33,101 bases of DNA from positions 1 through 33,101 of the IMG/VR virus record IMGVR_UViG_3300020042_001306, one strand, 5' to 3'. Shown one piece after another: positions 1 to 8,316 of the stretch (position 1 is its first letter; the number at the start of each line of letters is the position of its first letter). The notes beneath the pieces were generated by a model. That model ran no database searches and was not told the origin of the DNA. It worked only from the letters and a program-made list of their open reading frames with translations. A program made the translations under genes and the position numbers. The stretch is from a virus. Taxonomy: Duplodnaviria > Caudoviricetes.

Positions 1-1
1 C

Positions 2-181
2 AAAGGCCGTGAGAAGTACAACCGGGAAACTGGCAGTAACTTGAAAGCGCCAGCGCCTAATCCTAAGACCAAGGCTGACCAAGGCCGTAAGGATTCATTT
101 TGTGCAAGAATGGGCGCAGTGGCAGCCAACGCCAAAGATGGCGAACGCGCTAAAGCAGCCCTTAAACGATGGAAGTGTTAA
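2..181 (+). CDS. 5'-truncated small basic phage protein (DUF6321-like, FCARM...RWKC)
   Basis: Hand translation: KGREKYNRETGSNLKAPAPNPKTKADQGRKDSFCARMGAVAANAKDGERAKAALKRWKC*; not in ORF track. Confidence 0.8.
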   Translation, partial: KGREKYNRETGSNLKAPAPNPKTKADQGRKDSFCARMGAVAANAKDGERAKAALKRWKC

Positions 182-183
182 TC

Positions 184-336
184 ATGGCTACTAAACCTGG
201 ACTTTATGCAAATATCGCGGCAAAACGTGAACGTATAGCCGCCGGCTCAAAAGAGAAAATGCGTAAGCCCGGCGCACCCGGCGCACCAACAGCCAAAGAC
301 TTTAAAGAGTCGGCTAAAACTGCAAAGAAGAAATAA
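184..336 (+). CDS. 50-aa Lys/Arg-rich small protein
   Basis: Hand translation MATKPGLYANIAAKRERIAAGSKEKMRKPGAPGAPTAKDFKESAKTAKKK*; packs tightly between neighbours. Confidence 0.8.
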   Translation: MATKPGLYANIAAKRERIAAGSKEKMRKPGAPGAPTAKDFKESAKTAKKK

Positions 337-792
337 ATGAGTTTTACCAAACCTATTGGCGTTGCGTATCTTGACCAAGATATTGATGGCGGCGTTATTG
401 GCGCTACCAATCCGCAGTCTATTAACGGCACAACGGTTTTTGCAACCACACAGCTAGGCTACACCAGCGCAGCTTACGGGACAGTTACCCAGCAAACCAA
501 TAAAGCTACGGGTGTCACGATAAACAAGACTGCTGGAACTATTACAACATCAAACGCTCAATTAGCCCCTAGCGCAGATGTTGCGTTCATTGTCACCAAC
601 GACAAAGTTTCTGCTTTGGACACGGTGATTGTGAATATTGCGTCTGGCGCTACGGCTACTTTTGCATATTCAATTGCGATAGTAACGGTAACTGATGGCG
701 CATTTACAATCAATTTAAGCAATGTGTCGAGCAACGCTTACACAGACACGCTTAAAATCAATTTTGCTGTTCTTCACGTTTTACCCGCATAA
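337..792 (+). CDS. Putative virion surface/head-fibre protein
   Basis: 151 aa, Thr/Ala/Val-rich beta-type composition; N-terminal TKPIGVAYLD motif shared with 10027..10491. Confidence 0.7.
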   Translation: MSFTKPIGVAYLDQDIDGGVIGATNPQSINGTTVFATTQLGYTSAAYGTVTQQTNKATGVTINKTAGTITTSNAQLAPSADVAFIVTNDKVSALDTVIVNIASGATATFAYSIAIVTVTDGAFTINLSNVSSNAYTDTLKINFAVLHVLPA

Positions 793-800
793 GGACAACT

Positions 801-944
801 ATGCCACTGGTCAAATCCAAATCACCCGAAGCCTTCCGCAAAAACGTGAAGGCTGAAGTTGCCGCAGGCAAGCCCGTCAAGCAGGCCGTGGCCATTGCTT
901 ACTCGGTTAAGCGCGAAGCTGCTAAACCGAAAGCCAAAAAATGA
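801..944 (+). CDS. 47-aa Lys-rich small protein (KQAVAIAYS family)
   Basis: AAGGA RBS; MPLVKSKSPEAFRKNVKAEVAAGKPVKQAVAIAYSVKREAAKPKAKK*; not in ORF track. Confidence 0.8.
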   Translation: MPLVKSKSPEAFRKNVKAEVAAGKPVKQAVAIAYSVKREAAKPKAKK

Positions 945-1009
945 AGCACAAAGGCAAAGAATACCTTATGATGCGTGAACCCGATGTGATTGGAGTTTTT
1001 AATGGCTGA
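941..1009 (+). pseudogene. groES: Remnant of the C-terminus of a GroES-like co-chaperonin
   Basis: MKHKGKEYLMMREPDVIGVFNG* matches the GroES C-terminal pattern G-x-E-(Y/L)-L-x-M-R-E-x-D-(I/V)-x-(G/A)-V; ATGA overlap with upstream gene. Confidence 0.6.
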
Positions 1010-3209
1010 TCCTACCGGCATCGTAGCGGCAGCAGCAGTTGCTGTTGGTGGCTCGGCCAAAGACAAAAGTAACGCCGACATTTTAGCGACTGCCAGGTCA
1101 CGTCTTGACATGGCAATGTCTGCGCTTTCCGAGTCTCGCGAGGACGAAATTGACGATCTGCGCTTTTATGCTGGATCGCCTGACAACCAGTGGCAGTGGC
1201 CTGCCGATGTGCTGGCGACTCGCGGCGCGGTGCAGGGTCAAACAATCAACGCGCGTCCTTGCCTGACCATCAACAAACTGCCGCAACACGTTCGTCAAGT
1301 GACAAACGACATGCGCCAAAACAGACCAGGCGCCAAGGTCATTCCTGTAGACGACAAAGCTGATCTACAAGTTGCTGAAATCCTCAACGGCATGATTCGC
1401 CACATTGAATACATATCAGATGCTGACGTTGCATACGACACGGCCTGCGAGAATCAAGTGGCTTATGGCGAAGGCTACATTAGGCTGCTGACCGAATACT
1501 GTGATGACGACAACTTTAATCAAGACATTAAGATTGGCCGCGTTCGCAACAGCTTTTCGGTCTACATGGATCCAATGATTCAAGACCCAACAGGGTCAGA
1601 CGCCAAGTATTGTTTTGTTACCGAAGATGTGTCCAGAGAAGACTATGAGCGCATGTACCCAGATGCAGCGCCCATTACAACTTTGCAATCTTTGGGTGTA
1701 GGCGATCAATCAATATCCAACTGGCTCAATGAAGACACGATCCGCATTGCGGATTATTACTACATTGACTATGACCGCGCTACATTGAATTTGTATCCTG
1801 GCAACGCAACGGCGTTTGACGGCACACCCGAAGACAAGATGTTGCGCCAAGCCTACGGCAAGCCTAAGCGCACACGCGAATCTGACCGTCAAAAGGTCAG
1901 GTATTGCAAGATCAATGGATACGAAATCCTTGAGCAAAATGAGTGGGCTGGCCGATACATTCCCGTGATTCGTATTGTTGGTAATGAATTTGAAGTTGAC
2001 GGTCGTTTGTATGTCTCTGGCCTTGTGCGTAACGCCAAGGATGCCCAGCGCATGTACAACTACTGGGTTTCGCAAGAAGCTGAGATGCTGGCTCTGGCGC
2101 CCAAAGCACCGTTCATCGGATATGGCGGCCAGTTTGAGGGCTACGAAGACAAATGGAAGACGGCCAACACAAACAACTGGCCTTATCTGGAAGTTAACCC
2201 CGATGTGACCGACGGTCAAGGCAGCGCATTGCCGCTACCCCAACGTGCCCAGCCCCCAATGGCCTCATCTGGCTTGTTGCAAGCCAAAGCTGGCGCATCT
2301 GAAGACATCAAAGCTACAACTGGTCAGTACAACGCATCACTTGGCCAAGGCGGTAATGAGCGTTCTGGCAAAGCCATTCTTGCGCGTCAGCGTGAGGGCG
2401 ACGTAGGTACTTACCACTATGGTGACAACTTGACTCGCGGCGTTCGCCACATTGCTCGTCAACTGGTTGATCTAATTCCTAAGATTTACGATACCCAGCG
2501 TATTGCCCGAATCATTGGTGAAGACGGCGAGACAAAGATGGCCAAGATTGATCCTGAGCAGGAAATGCCGGTGCGTGAGATACGCAACCAAGAAGGCATT
2601 TTGATTGACAAAATCTATAACCCAGGCGTTGGCAAGTATGACGTTGTGGCAACCACTGGCCCCGGCTACGCTACCAAGCGTCAAGAGGCATTGGAAGCAA
2701 TGGGTCAACTGTTGCAGGGTAATCCTCAATTGTGGGCTGTGGCTGGCGACTTGTTTGTTAAGAACATGGATTGGCCTGGCGCTCAGGAAATGGCCAAACG
2801 CTTTGCCAAAACCATTGATCCAAAATTCCTCAGTGACGGTGAAGACTCTCCTGAGTTGCAAGCGGCTCAACAGCAGATTCAAGCGATGAGCCAGCAAATG
2901 GAACAAATGGCCGGAATGCTGGACAATGTTCAAAGTTCTGAAATTGTTCGCACAAATGAAATCAAAGAGTTTGAAGCTATGATCAAGGCGTATGCGGCTG
3001 AAACGCAGCGGATTTCTGCTGTTCAAGCTGGCATGTCGTTAGAACAAATTCAAGACATTGTTATGGGCACAATTAGCGGCATGATTACCAGTGGCGATCT
3101 TGTGAGCGAAATGCCTGGACGCGAAATGCCAATGGAAAACATGGGCGAAATGCCACCAGAAGGTATGCAACAGCCTGAAATGATGCCGCCACAAGGAATG
3201 CCACAATGA
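1002..3209 (+). CDS. P22-like portal protein
   Basis: FYAG..QW, RPCLTINKL, GLVRNAKDAQRMYNYW and SGKAILARQ motifs; coiled-coil C-terminus; GGAG at 992-995 favours ATG 1002 over TTG 990. Confidence 0.93.
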   Translation: MADPTGIVAAAAVAVGGSAKDKSNADILATARSRLDMAMSALSESREDEIDDLRFYAGSPDNQWQWPADVLATRGAVQGQTINARPCLTINKLPQHVRQVTNDMRQNRPGAKVIPVDDKADLQVAEILNGMIRHIEYISDADVAYDTACENQVAYGEGYIRLLTEYCDDDNFNQDIKIGRVRNSFSVYMDPMIQDPTGSDAKYCFVTEDVSREDYERMYPDAAPITTLQSLGVGDQSISNWLNEDTIRIADYYYIDYDRATLNLYPGNATAFDGTPEDKMLRQAYGKPKRTRESDRQKVRYCKINGYEILEQNEWAGRYIPVIRIVGNEFEVDGRLYVSGLVRNAKDAQRMYNYWVSQEAEMLALAPKAPFIGYGGQFEGYEDKWKTANTNNWPYLEVNPDVTDGQGSALPLPQRAQPPMASSGLLQAKAGASEDIKATTGQYNASLGQGGNERSGKAILARQREGDVGTYHYGDNLTRGVRHIARQLVDLIPKIYDTQRIARIIGEDGETKMAKIDPEQEMPVREIRNQEGILIDKIYNPGVGKYDVVATTGPGYATKRQEALEAMGQLLQGNPQLWAVAGDLFVKNMDWPGAQEMAKRFAKTIDPKFLSDGEDSPELQAAQQQIQAMSQQMEQMAGMLDNVQSSEIVRTNEIKEFEAMIKAYAAETQRISAVQAGMSLEQIQDIVMGTISGMITSGDLVSEMPGREMPMENMGEMPPEGMQQPEMMPPQGMPQ

Positions 3210-3568
3210 AAGCCGCTGAATTTGTAGGTTTGTTGTTTTTAGCTAGAGATGTCACGCACAGTGTGCATCTGAACACACGTAGCTATTCTAAACATGTAGC
3301 GCTGAACATCTTTTATGACCGCATTGTTGGTGCAGCCGATGACTTTGCCGAAGCCTATCAGGGTAGAAACGGGTTAATCGGGCCAATCACATTGCACTCT
3401 GTTAAAAAAACAAACAATGTCATTGAATTCTTGGAAGATTCGCTTAAACAGATTGAAGACGCAAGGTATGAAGTGTGTGATAAGTCCGACAGTTCATTGC
3501 AACAATTGATTGACAACATTGTTGAAGTTTACTTGCGAACCCTTTACAAGTTAAAATTCTTGGCGTGA
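3206..3568 (+). CDS. Dps/ferritin-like four-helix protein (DUF5856-like)
   Basis: H-L-N...H-V-A-L-x2-F-Y-D...D-D-F-A-E resembles the Dps ferroxidase signature HWN...H...D-x-x-AE; ATGA overlap with portal. Confidence 0.7.
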   Translation: MKAAEFVGLLFLARDVTHSVHLNTRSYSKHVALNIFYDRIVGAADDFAEAYQGRNGLIGPITLHSVKKTNNVIEFLEDSLKQIEDARYEVCDKSDSSLQQLIDNIVEVYLRTLYKLKFLA

Positions 3569-3588
3569 TTTAAACGCTATGTTATATT
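3560..3588 (+). promoter_or_regulatory. Putative sigma70-type promoter TTGGCG-N17-TATATT with extended -10 TG
   Basis: Motif read directly; followed by AAGGAG RBS of the 3608 gene. Confidence 0.4.
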
Positions 3589-3607
3589 TAAGGCATAAGG
3601 AGCCATC

Positions 3608-3910
3608 ATGGAACTTTTAAAACCTCTAGCCGATACGGTGTTCCCCGCCGCGACTGTTTCGTATTCGGGCACGGCTGGATCGACTTCTACATGGGCCGCA
3701 GGCCCACAAGGCGTTGTAGTGTGGTCAACAACACCAGCCTACATTGTAGTTGGCGAAGGCGTTACCGCTACTACCGCCAGCACCCCCATCCCAGCTTTTA
3801 CACCTATTCCGTTTGCTGTGCCGAATGGCTCTGGTGGGCAATGGAGGGTGAGTGCTATTCAGGTATCAGCAACCGGATCAATTTACTGTAAGCCGGTAAA
3901 CATCCAATGA
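3608..3910 (+). CDS. Hypothetical virion-associated beta protein
   Basis: Strong AAGGAG RBS; 100 aa, Thr/Ser-rich. Confidence 0.7.
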   Translation: MELLKPLADTVFPAATVSYSGTAGSTSTWAAGPQGVVVWSTTPAYIVVGEGVTATTASTPIPAFTPIPFAVPNGSGGQWRVSAIQVSATGSIYCKPVNIQ

Positions 3911-4071
3911 GTTTTGGAATTGCTGTCAGAAATGCTGTGTCAATCGGGCTTGGCGGCATCGCCACGCTATTCTCGGGCACTTTTGATAGCAGCTTGACGG
4001 TAGATAATTTGCTGACAGAATCTGGGGCAAACCTTGTGCAAGAAAATGGCGACTATATTCTTTTGGAGTGA
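3907..4071 (+). CDS. 54-aa putative fibre-anchor peptide (LLTESG..LVQENG motif)
   Basis: Hand translation MSFGIAVRNAVSIGLGGIATLFSGTFDSSLTVDNLLTESGANLVQENGDYILLE*; ATGA overlap; not in ORF track. Confidence 0.75.
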   Translation: MSFGIAVRNAVSIGLGGIATLFSGTFDSSLTVDNLLTESGANLVQENGDYILLE

Positions 4072-4075
4072 TTAA

Positions 4076-4723
4076 ATGGCTGACTTAAAAATTTCCCAGT
4101 TGCCAGCGGCAACAACCCCGCTGGCAGGCACAGAAGTTCTGCCAATTGTCCAATCGGGTGGCACTGTTCAAGTGTCAGTCAACAACCTGACGGCGGGCAA
4201 AGCTGTTGCAGCATCCACGGTAACTGCAACAACGGTAACTGCGACCACGTTAGTGGGTAGCTTAGACACAAACGTAGCAGCGGCCAAACTTACAGTGTCC
4301 GGCACAAGCGCGGTAGCAAGTGGCACAGATGGCGACATTAACATAACGCTTACCCCCAAAGGCACTGGCGTAGTAACCACTGCCGCTTCATACAGCGATG
4401 CGGCAGGAAAACTTCGAGCAATTCCTCAGTCTGGCTCGGCCAAAACCACAACTTACACATTGGCAACAACTGATGTAGGCGAGTTTATTGAAGTTGGCAC
4501 AAGCGGGGCAATTGTTGTACCTAACGCCACATTTGCTGCTGGCGACGCGGTTGTAATTTTTAACAACACATCTGGTTCAATTACAATTACTTTGTCAATT
4601 ACGACAGCCTATAAAGCTGGCACTGACGTTGATCAAGCAACTCTTTCATTGGCAACTCGCGGTGTTTGTAGTATTTTGTTTATTAGCGGTACAGTCTGTG
4701 TGGTAACCGGAAACGTATCATGA
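4076..4723 (+). CDS. Short fibre protein with ADLKISQL N-terminal attachment domain
   Basis: MADLKISQLPAATTPLAGTEVLPIVQ N-terminus is typical of phage fibres; VTATT repeats; INITLTPKGTG; C-terminal beta-sandwich. Confidence 0.75.
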   Translation: MADLKISQLPAATTPLAGTEVLPIVQSGGTVQVSVNNLTAGKAVAASTVTATTVTATTLVGSLDTNVAAAKLTVSGTSAVASGTDGDINITLTPKGTGVVTTAASYSDAAGKLRAIPQSGSAKTTTYTLATTDVGEFIEVGTSGAIVVPNATFAAGDAVVIFNNTSGSITITLSITTAYKAGTDVDQATLSLATRGVCSILFISGTVCVVTGNVS

Positions 4724-5547
4724 GTGGGATTATTACTAGCTTTGTGGGCGGTAGTTTTGGCGTAGCTCCCGGCTCAGAAACCTTTACGGCCGGTTCATAT
4801 ACTTGGATTGCGCCCGGTGGAGTAACATCGGTTGCAGTTGTCGCTGTCGGCGCTGGCGGCGGTGCAACTCGTGGCGGCGGCGGCGGTGGTGGCGAGTTGC
4901 GGTATACAAACAATATTTCGGTAACTCCCGGCTTGCCTTACGCTGTTGTTGTTGGCACAAGAGGAAATAGCGGCGTTAATTTAGGCTGCGCGACAGCAGG
5001 CGGGCTTTCATCCTTTAACACGACAAGTGTTATTGCAAATGGTGGAAAGGGTTATTCACTTTCCTTTGGTACAACATTTGGAGGAAGTGGTGGAACTGGA
5101 ACTGGCGGTGGTAACGGCGGGGATGCTGTTACTGGTGGTGCTGGCGGCGGTGGCGGCGCGGGTGGTTATTCTGGCGCTGGTGGTTTTGGTGGTTTTTGCG
5201 GAAGTCAAACAGCAGGCGCGGGCGGCGGTGGCGGTGGCGGTGCTAACAGTGTTTCCGCATCTAGCGGAGGCGGCGGTGGCGGTGTTGGATTGTTTGGCCA
5301 AGGCGCAAATGGTGCTAGGAACGTTGGCAACGGTGGTGGTGGTGGTGGTTCTTGTGGTGTAGCTGGAGGTAATGGTGGTGCTTATCCTACTGTAGGTGGT
5401 ACTGGCGGGGCGTACGGCGGTGGTGGCGGGCATGGGGCAAACTGTGCGTGTTCAAGTTCTGGAGGCTTAGCATCAGGCGGCGGCGTTCGTATCCTTTGGC
5501 CCGGAACTACTCGCTCATTCCCATCAACTTGTGTCGGCGCGCCTTAA
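4720..5547 (+). CDS. Glycine-rich fibre/adhesin-type protein
   Basis: FTAGSYTWIAPGGVTSVAVVAVGAGGG start, GGxG runs and GGGVRILWPG end, typical of polyglycine phage adhesins. Confidence 0.8.
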   Translation: MSGIITSFVGGSFGVAPGSETFTAGSYTWIAPGGVTSVAVVAVGAGGGATRGGGGGGGELRYTNNISVTPGLPYAVVVGTRGNSGVNLGCATAGGLSSFNTTSVIANGGKGYSLSFGTTFGGSGGTGTGGGNGGDAVTGGAGGGGGAGGYSGAGGFGGFCGSQTAGAGGGGGGGANSVSASSGGGGGGVGLFGQGANGARNVGNGGGGGGSCGVAGGNGGAYPTVGGTGGAYGGGGGHGANCACSSSGGLASGGGVRILWPGTTRSFPSTCVGAP

Positions 5548-5562
5548 TTTTGAGAAAAAAAT

Positions 5563-6051
5563 ATGAAACTCTATATTCAGGTAGAAAACAATCAACCCGT
5601 TAATCACCCCGCATTTGAAAATAATTTAATTCAGGCGTTTGGGACAATCCCAAATAATTGGGAAAAGTTTAATCGCGTTGACCGCCCAACAAACCTTGTC
5701 TATCAAGTGTTTGAATCTCAAGACCCGATATACACAAAAATTGATGACGCTTGGACGGACGTGTGGCAACTTCGCAACATGACTACCGAAGAAAAAGCGG
5801 CCAAACAACAAAATGTTCAAGCTGAATTTAATTCCAGAGAACAAGTTGAGAATTGGTCTGCTTGGACTTTTGACGATGCTACTTGCACAATGGTTCCCCC
5901 AATCCCTCGCCCAGAGCCAGATCAGGCCAAACTAACCGCCAACATTATGACTTTCTGGTGCGGTGCGGATGCAAACTGGAAAGATACTCCAGTGCGTCCA
6001 GAAGGCAAATACAAGTTTGATTTCATTGCATGGGCTTGGGTTGCACAATGA
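5563..6051 (+). CDS. Putative fibre assembly/chaperone-like protein
   Basis: Follows the Gly-rich gene; W..VW..R.MT.EEK and SAWTFDD..C...PPIPRP motifs. Confidence 0.55.
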   Translation: MKLYIQVENNQPVNHPAFENNLIQAFGTIPNNWEKFNRVDRPTNLVYQVFESQDPIYTKIDDAWTDVWQLRNMTTEEKAAKQQNVQAEFNSREQVENWSAWTFDDATCTMVPPIPRPEPDQAKLTANIMTFWCGADANWKDTPVRPEGKYKFDFIAWAWVAQ

Positions 6052-6752
6052 ACAAAGTAGTCAAAAAGTCAAAAATGTGCAAAGCTGCGGAGTCGGTAGC
6101 TGAAGTTGTTCTTCAAACACAGCTTCAAGTTGCCCATCACTTTCCGTGCCCAATCTACATTATTGAGCGCCCTGACTTTTTGGATGTAGTTAACACCGTA
6201 TCTGAAGAAGCGTTGGTAGAAGCACGTAAAACGCAATCGCTTAACGAAATTTATCCCCTTTACATGACGGGTAGTTATTTTGGTGACCCGCGCATGGCTA
6301 GGTTTTCTGAGTTTGTTGGCGCTACGGCTTGGAACATTCTTAATGAGCAGGGCTATGTCATGCAAGACAAAGCAGTGCAATTTACAGAAATGTGGACGCA
6401 AGAGCATCACAAGCATTCTGCAATGGACGCACACGTTCACGGATACGGCTCACAAATTGTGGGTTTTTACTTTCTTGAAACTCCAGAAAACGGCTCTAAC
6501 GTGGTGTTTCATGACCCCCGTGCTGCCAAGGTGCAGATTGACTTGCCCGAGCAAGACATAAGCATGGCAACTCCAGCTAGCAAAATGATTAACTTCGCAC
6601 CAAAACCTGGCATGATGATCTTTGCAAATTCATGGCTGATGCATTCGTTTACACGTCATGCAGCAGATAAGCCGATCAAGTTTGTACATTTTAACTTGGC
6701 TGTGATTTTGCAGCCGCAAACTCACCTAGTGCCAGCGGCAGAAATTGTATGA
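6048..6752 (+). CDS. 2OG-Fe(II) oxygenase (TIGR02466-like)
   Basis: W..., HVH, GFYFL, FHDPR, PKPGMMIFANSWLMH and terminal FN motifs; ATGA overlap favours start 6048. Confidence 0.85.
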   Translation: MNKVVKKSKMCKAAESVAEVVLQTQLQVAHHFPCPIYIIERPDFLDVVNTVSEEALVEARKTQSLNEIYPLYMTGSYFGDPRMARFSEFVGATAWNILNEQGYVMQDKAVQFTEMWTQEHHKHSAMDAHVHGYGSQIVGFYFLETPENGSNVVFHDPRAAKVQIDLPEQDISMATPASKMINFAPKPGMMIFANSWLMHSFTRHAADKPIKFVHFNLAVILQPQTHLVPAAEIV

Positions 6753-7003
6753 AAACGTACCAGATTCGGTTCAACAAGTCTCGCGGCCAAACAGGGCGCG
6801 GCACAATGGATCATGTTTGGCGCGTTTTTGAAAACGGCAAAGAATTTTTGCTTAAAAACTTAGATATATCAGTGCCTATTAAAAGCGAAAAAGACGCAAA
6901 TGGGGTTGATTACAATATCACATGCCGTGGGCATATGACTCTTGATCGAGAAACCTCAACGGCCGTCATTACCGCAAGTATTGAGGAATTGGAAAAAGCA
7001 TGA
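6749..7003 (+). CDS. Hypothetical phage protein
   Basis: 84 aa ORF with ATGA overlaps on both sides. Confidence 0.7.
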   Translation: MKTYQIRFNKSRGQTGRGTMDHVWRVFENGKEFLLKNLDISVPIKSEKDANGVDYNITCRGHMTLDRETSTAVITASIEELEKA

Positions 7004-7479
7004 CTGCAACATTAAGCCCATCACCCAAAATGCAGTTTTTTACGGCTGCGGGTGTGCCCCTTGTTGGTGGCAAACTGTTTACTTACGCTAGTGGAACCAC
7101 GGTTCCTTTGGCTACTTATACCGATAGCACCGGGGTCACTGCAAACACAAACCCTGTTATCTTGGACTCGCGCGGCGAAGCAAACGTATGGTTTGGCCCG
7201 TCACGCTATACGTTGTTGCTTAAAGATTCATTGGATAATTTGATCTGGACTGCGGCTGGCGTTAACAGCAGCCCAAGCATTCAAACCGCCACAATAATTG
7301 CCACTGCATCACAAACAGTGTTTACTGTGCCTGAATACGGCCTTGGTGGATATTTGATGGTGATAGTCAATGGACTCGTCAAAGAGTTTAATTACGACTA
7401 TACTGAGACAAACACGACGACGATCACTTTTGGGGTCGGCCTTACTGCTGGCCAACGATTAGTGACTCGGATGCTATAA
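7000..7479 (+). CDS. Short tail protein with tailspike head-binding-like N-terminal domain
   Basis: QFF...G.PL.GGKL.TY.SGT..PLATY...NTNPVILDSRGEA.VW motif, then an ATASQTVF domain. Confidence 0.75.
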   Translation: MTATLSPSPKMQFFTAAGVPLVGGKLFTYASGTTVPLATYTDSTGVTANTNPVILDSRGEANVWFGPSRYTLLLKDSLDNLIWTAAGVNSSPSIQTATIIATASQTVFTVPEYGLGGYLMVIVNGLVKEFNYDYTETNTTTITFGVGLTAGQRLVTRML

Positions 7480-7485
7480 ACCTTA

Positions 7486-7517
7486 CCGGTGAGGTTCACC
7501 GGGGAATCCAAGGATTC
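7486..7517 (+). promoter_or_regulatory. Tandem hairpins in the scaffold gene leader
   Basis: CCGGTGA-ggt-TCACCGG, then GAATC-caag-GATTC overlapping the AAGGA RBS. Confidence 0.6.
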
Positions 7518-7522
7518 ATGTA

Positions 7523-8296
7523 ATGACTGAAGAAGTCCAAGCCCTAGCGGAAGTAGACTCCGCGCCAACCAAGGATGTGACGGCCACACCTGAAGTTGCA
7601 GTATCTTCGCCGGAAGTAGCTGAGAACCAGCCTGCCAAGACATTCTCGCAAGAGGAACTTGACGCTGCTATTGGCAAGCGCCTCGCAAGAGAACAGCGCA
7701 AATGGGAACGTGAACAAGTCGCACGGCAAACCGTGCCAGTTGCTCCCAAGGAAATGCCGTCGATTGACAATTTTGAAAGCACTGATGCGTATGCGGAAGC
7801 ACTGGCGCTCAGAAAAGCCGAAGAATTGATTGCTCAACGGGATCGCCAAAAGGAACAAGCTGAAATTGTAGAGGCTTATGGCGAACGTGAGGAAAAGGCT
7901 CGGGACAAATACGACGATTTTGAAGATGTTGTGTACAACCCCAAGTTGCGAATCACCGACGTAATGGCTGAAACAATTCAGTATTCTGATCTTGGGCCTG
8001 ATCTAGCTTATTGGCTAGGTTCAAACCCCAAGGAGGCTGAACGCATTGCCCGTTTGTCACCTATTTTGCAGGCAAGGGAAATCGGAAAGATTGAAGTCAG
8101 ATTGTCTGACAATCCTCCGGTGAAGAAAACAACTTCTGCGCCAACACCTATTAGTCCGGTGACTGCGCGGTCTTCGGGAAGCCCGAGCCATGATACGACT
8201 GACCCCCGGTCAATCAAAACCATGTCAACATCGGAGTGGATTGAGGCCGAACGCAATCGCCAGGTTCGTAAGTACGAAGCGCAACGCAACCGTTAA
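7523..8296 (+). CDS. Capsid scaffolding protein
   Basis: Acidic helical protein directly before coat; KTFSQEELDA, GPDLAYWLG.NP.EA.RI, MSTSEWI motifs. Confidence 0.85.
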   Translation: MTEEVQALAEVDSAPTKDVTATPEVAVSSPEVAENQPAKTFSQEELDAAIGKRLAREQRKWEREQVARQTVPVAPKEMPSIDNFESTDAYAEALALRKAEELIAQRDRQKEQAEIVEAYGEREEKARDKYDDFEDVVYNPKLRITDVMAETIQYSDLGPDLAYWLGSNPKEAERIARLSPILQAREIGKIEVRLSDNPPVKKTTSAPTPISPVTARSSGSPSHDTTDPRSIKTMSTSEWIEAERNRQVRKYEAQRNR

Positions 8297-8316
8297 TCTT
8301 TTGAAAGGACTTTTAA

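Noticed and set aside
1710-3026. Long antisense ORFs within the portal (and similar ones inside coat, gp16-like and primase genes)
   Set aside because: Shadow ORFs of well-supported genes; no recognisable protein features
4840-5490. GGC/GGT tandem runs as a DNA repeat or array
   Set aside because: Explained by polyglycine coding; no repeat-spacer structure
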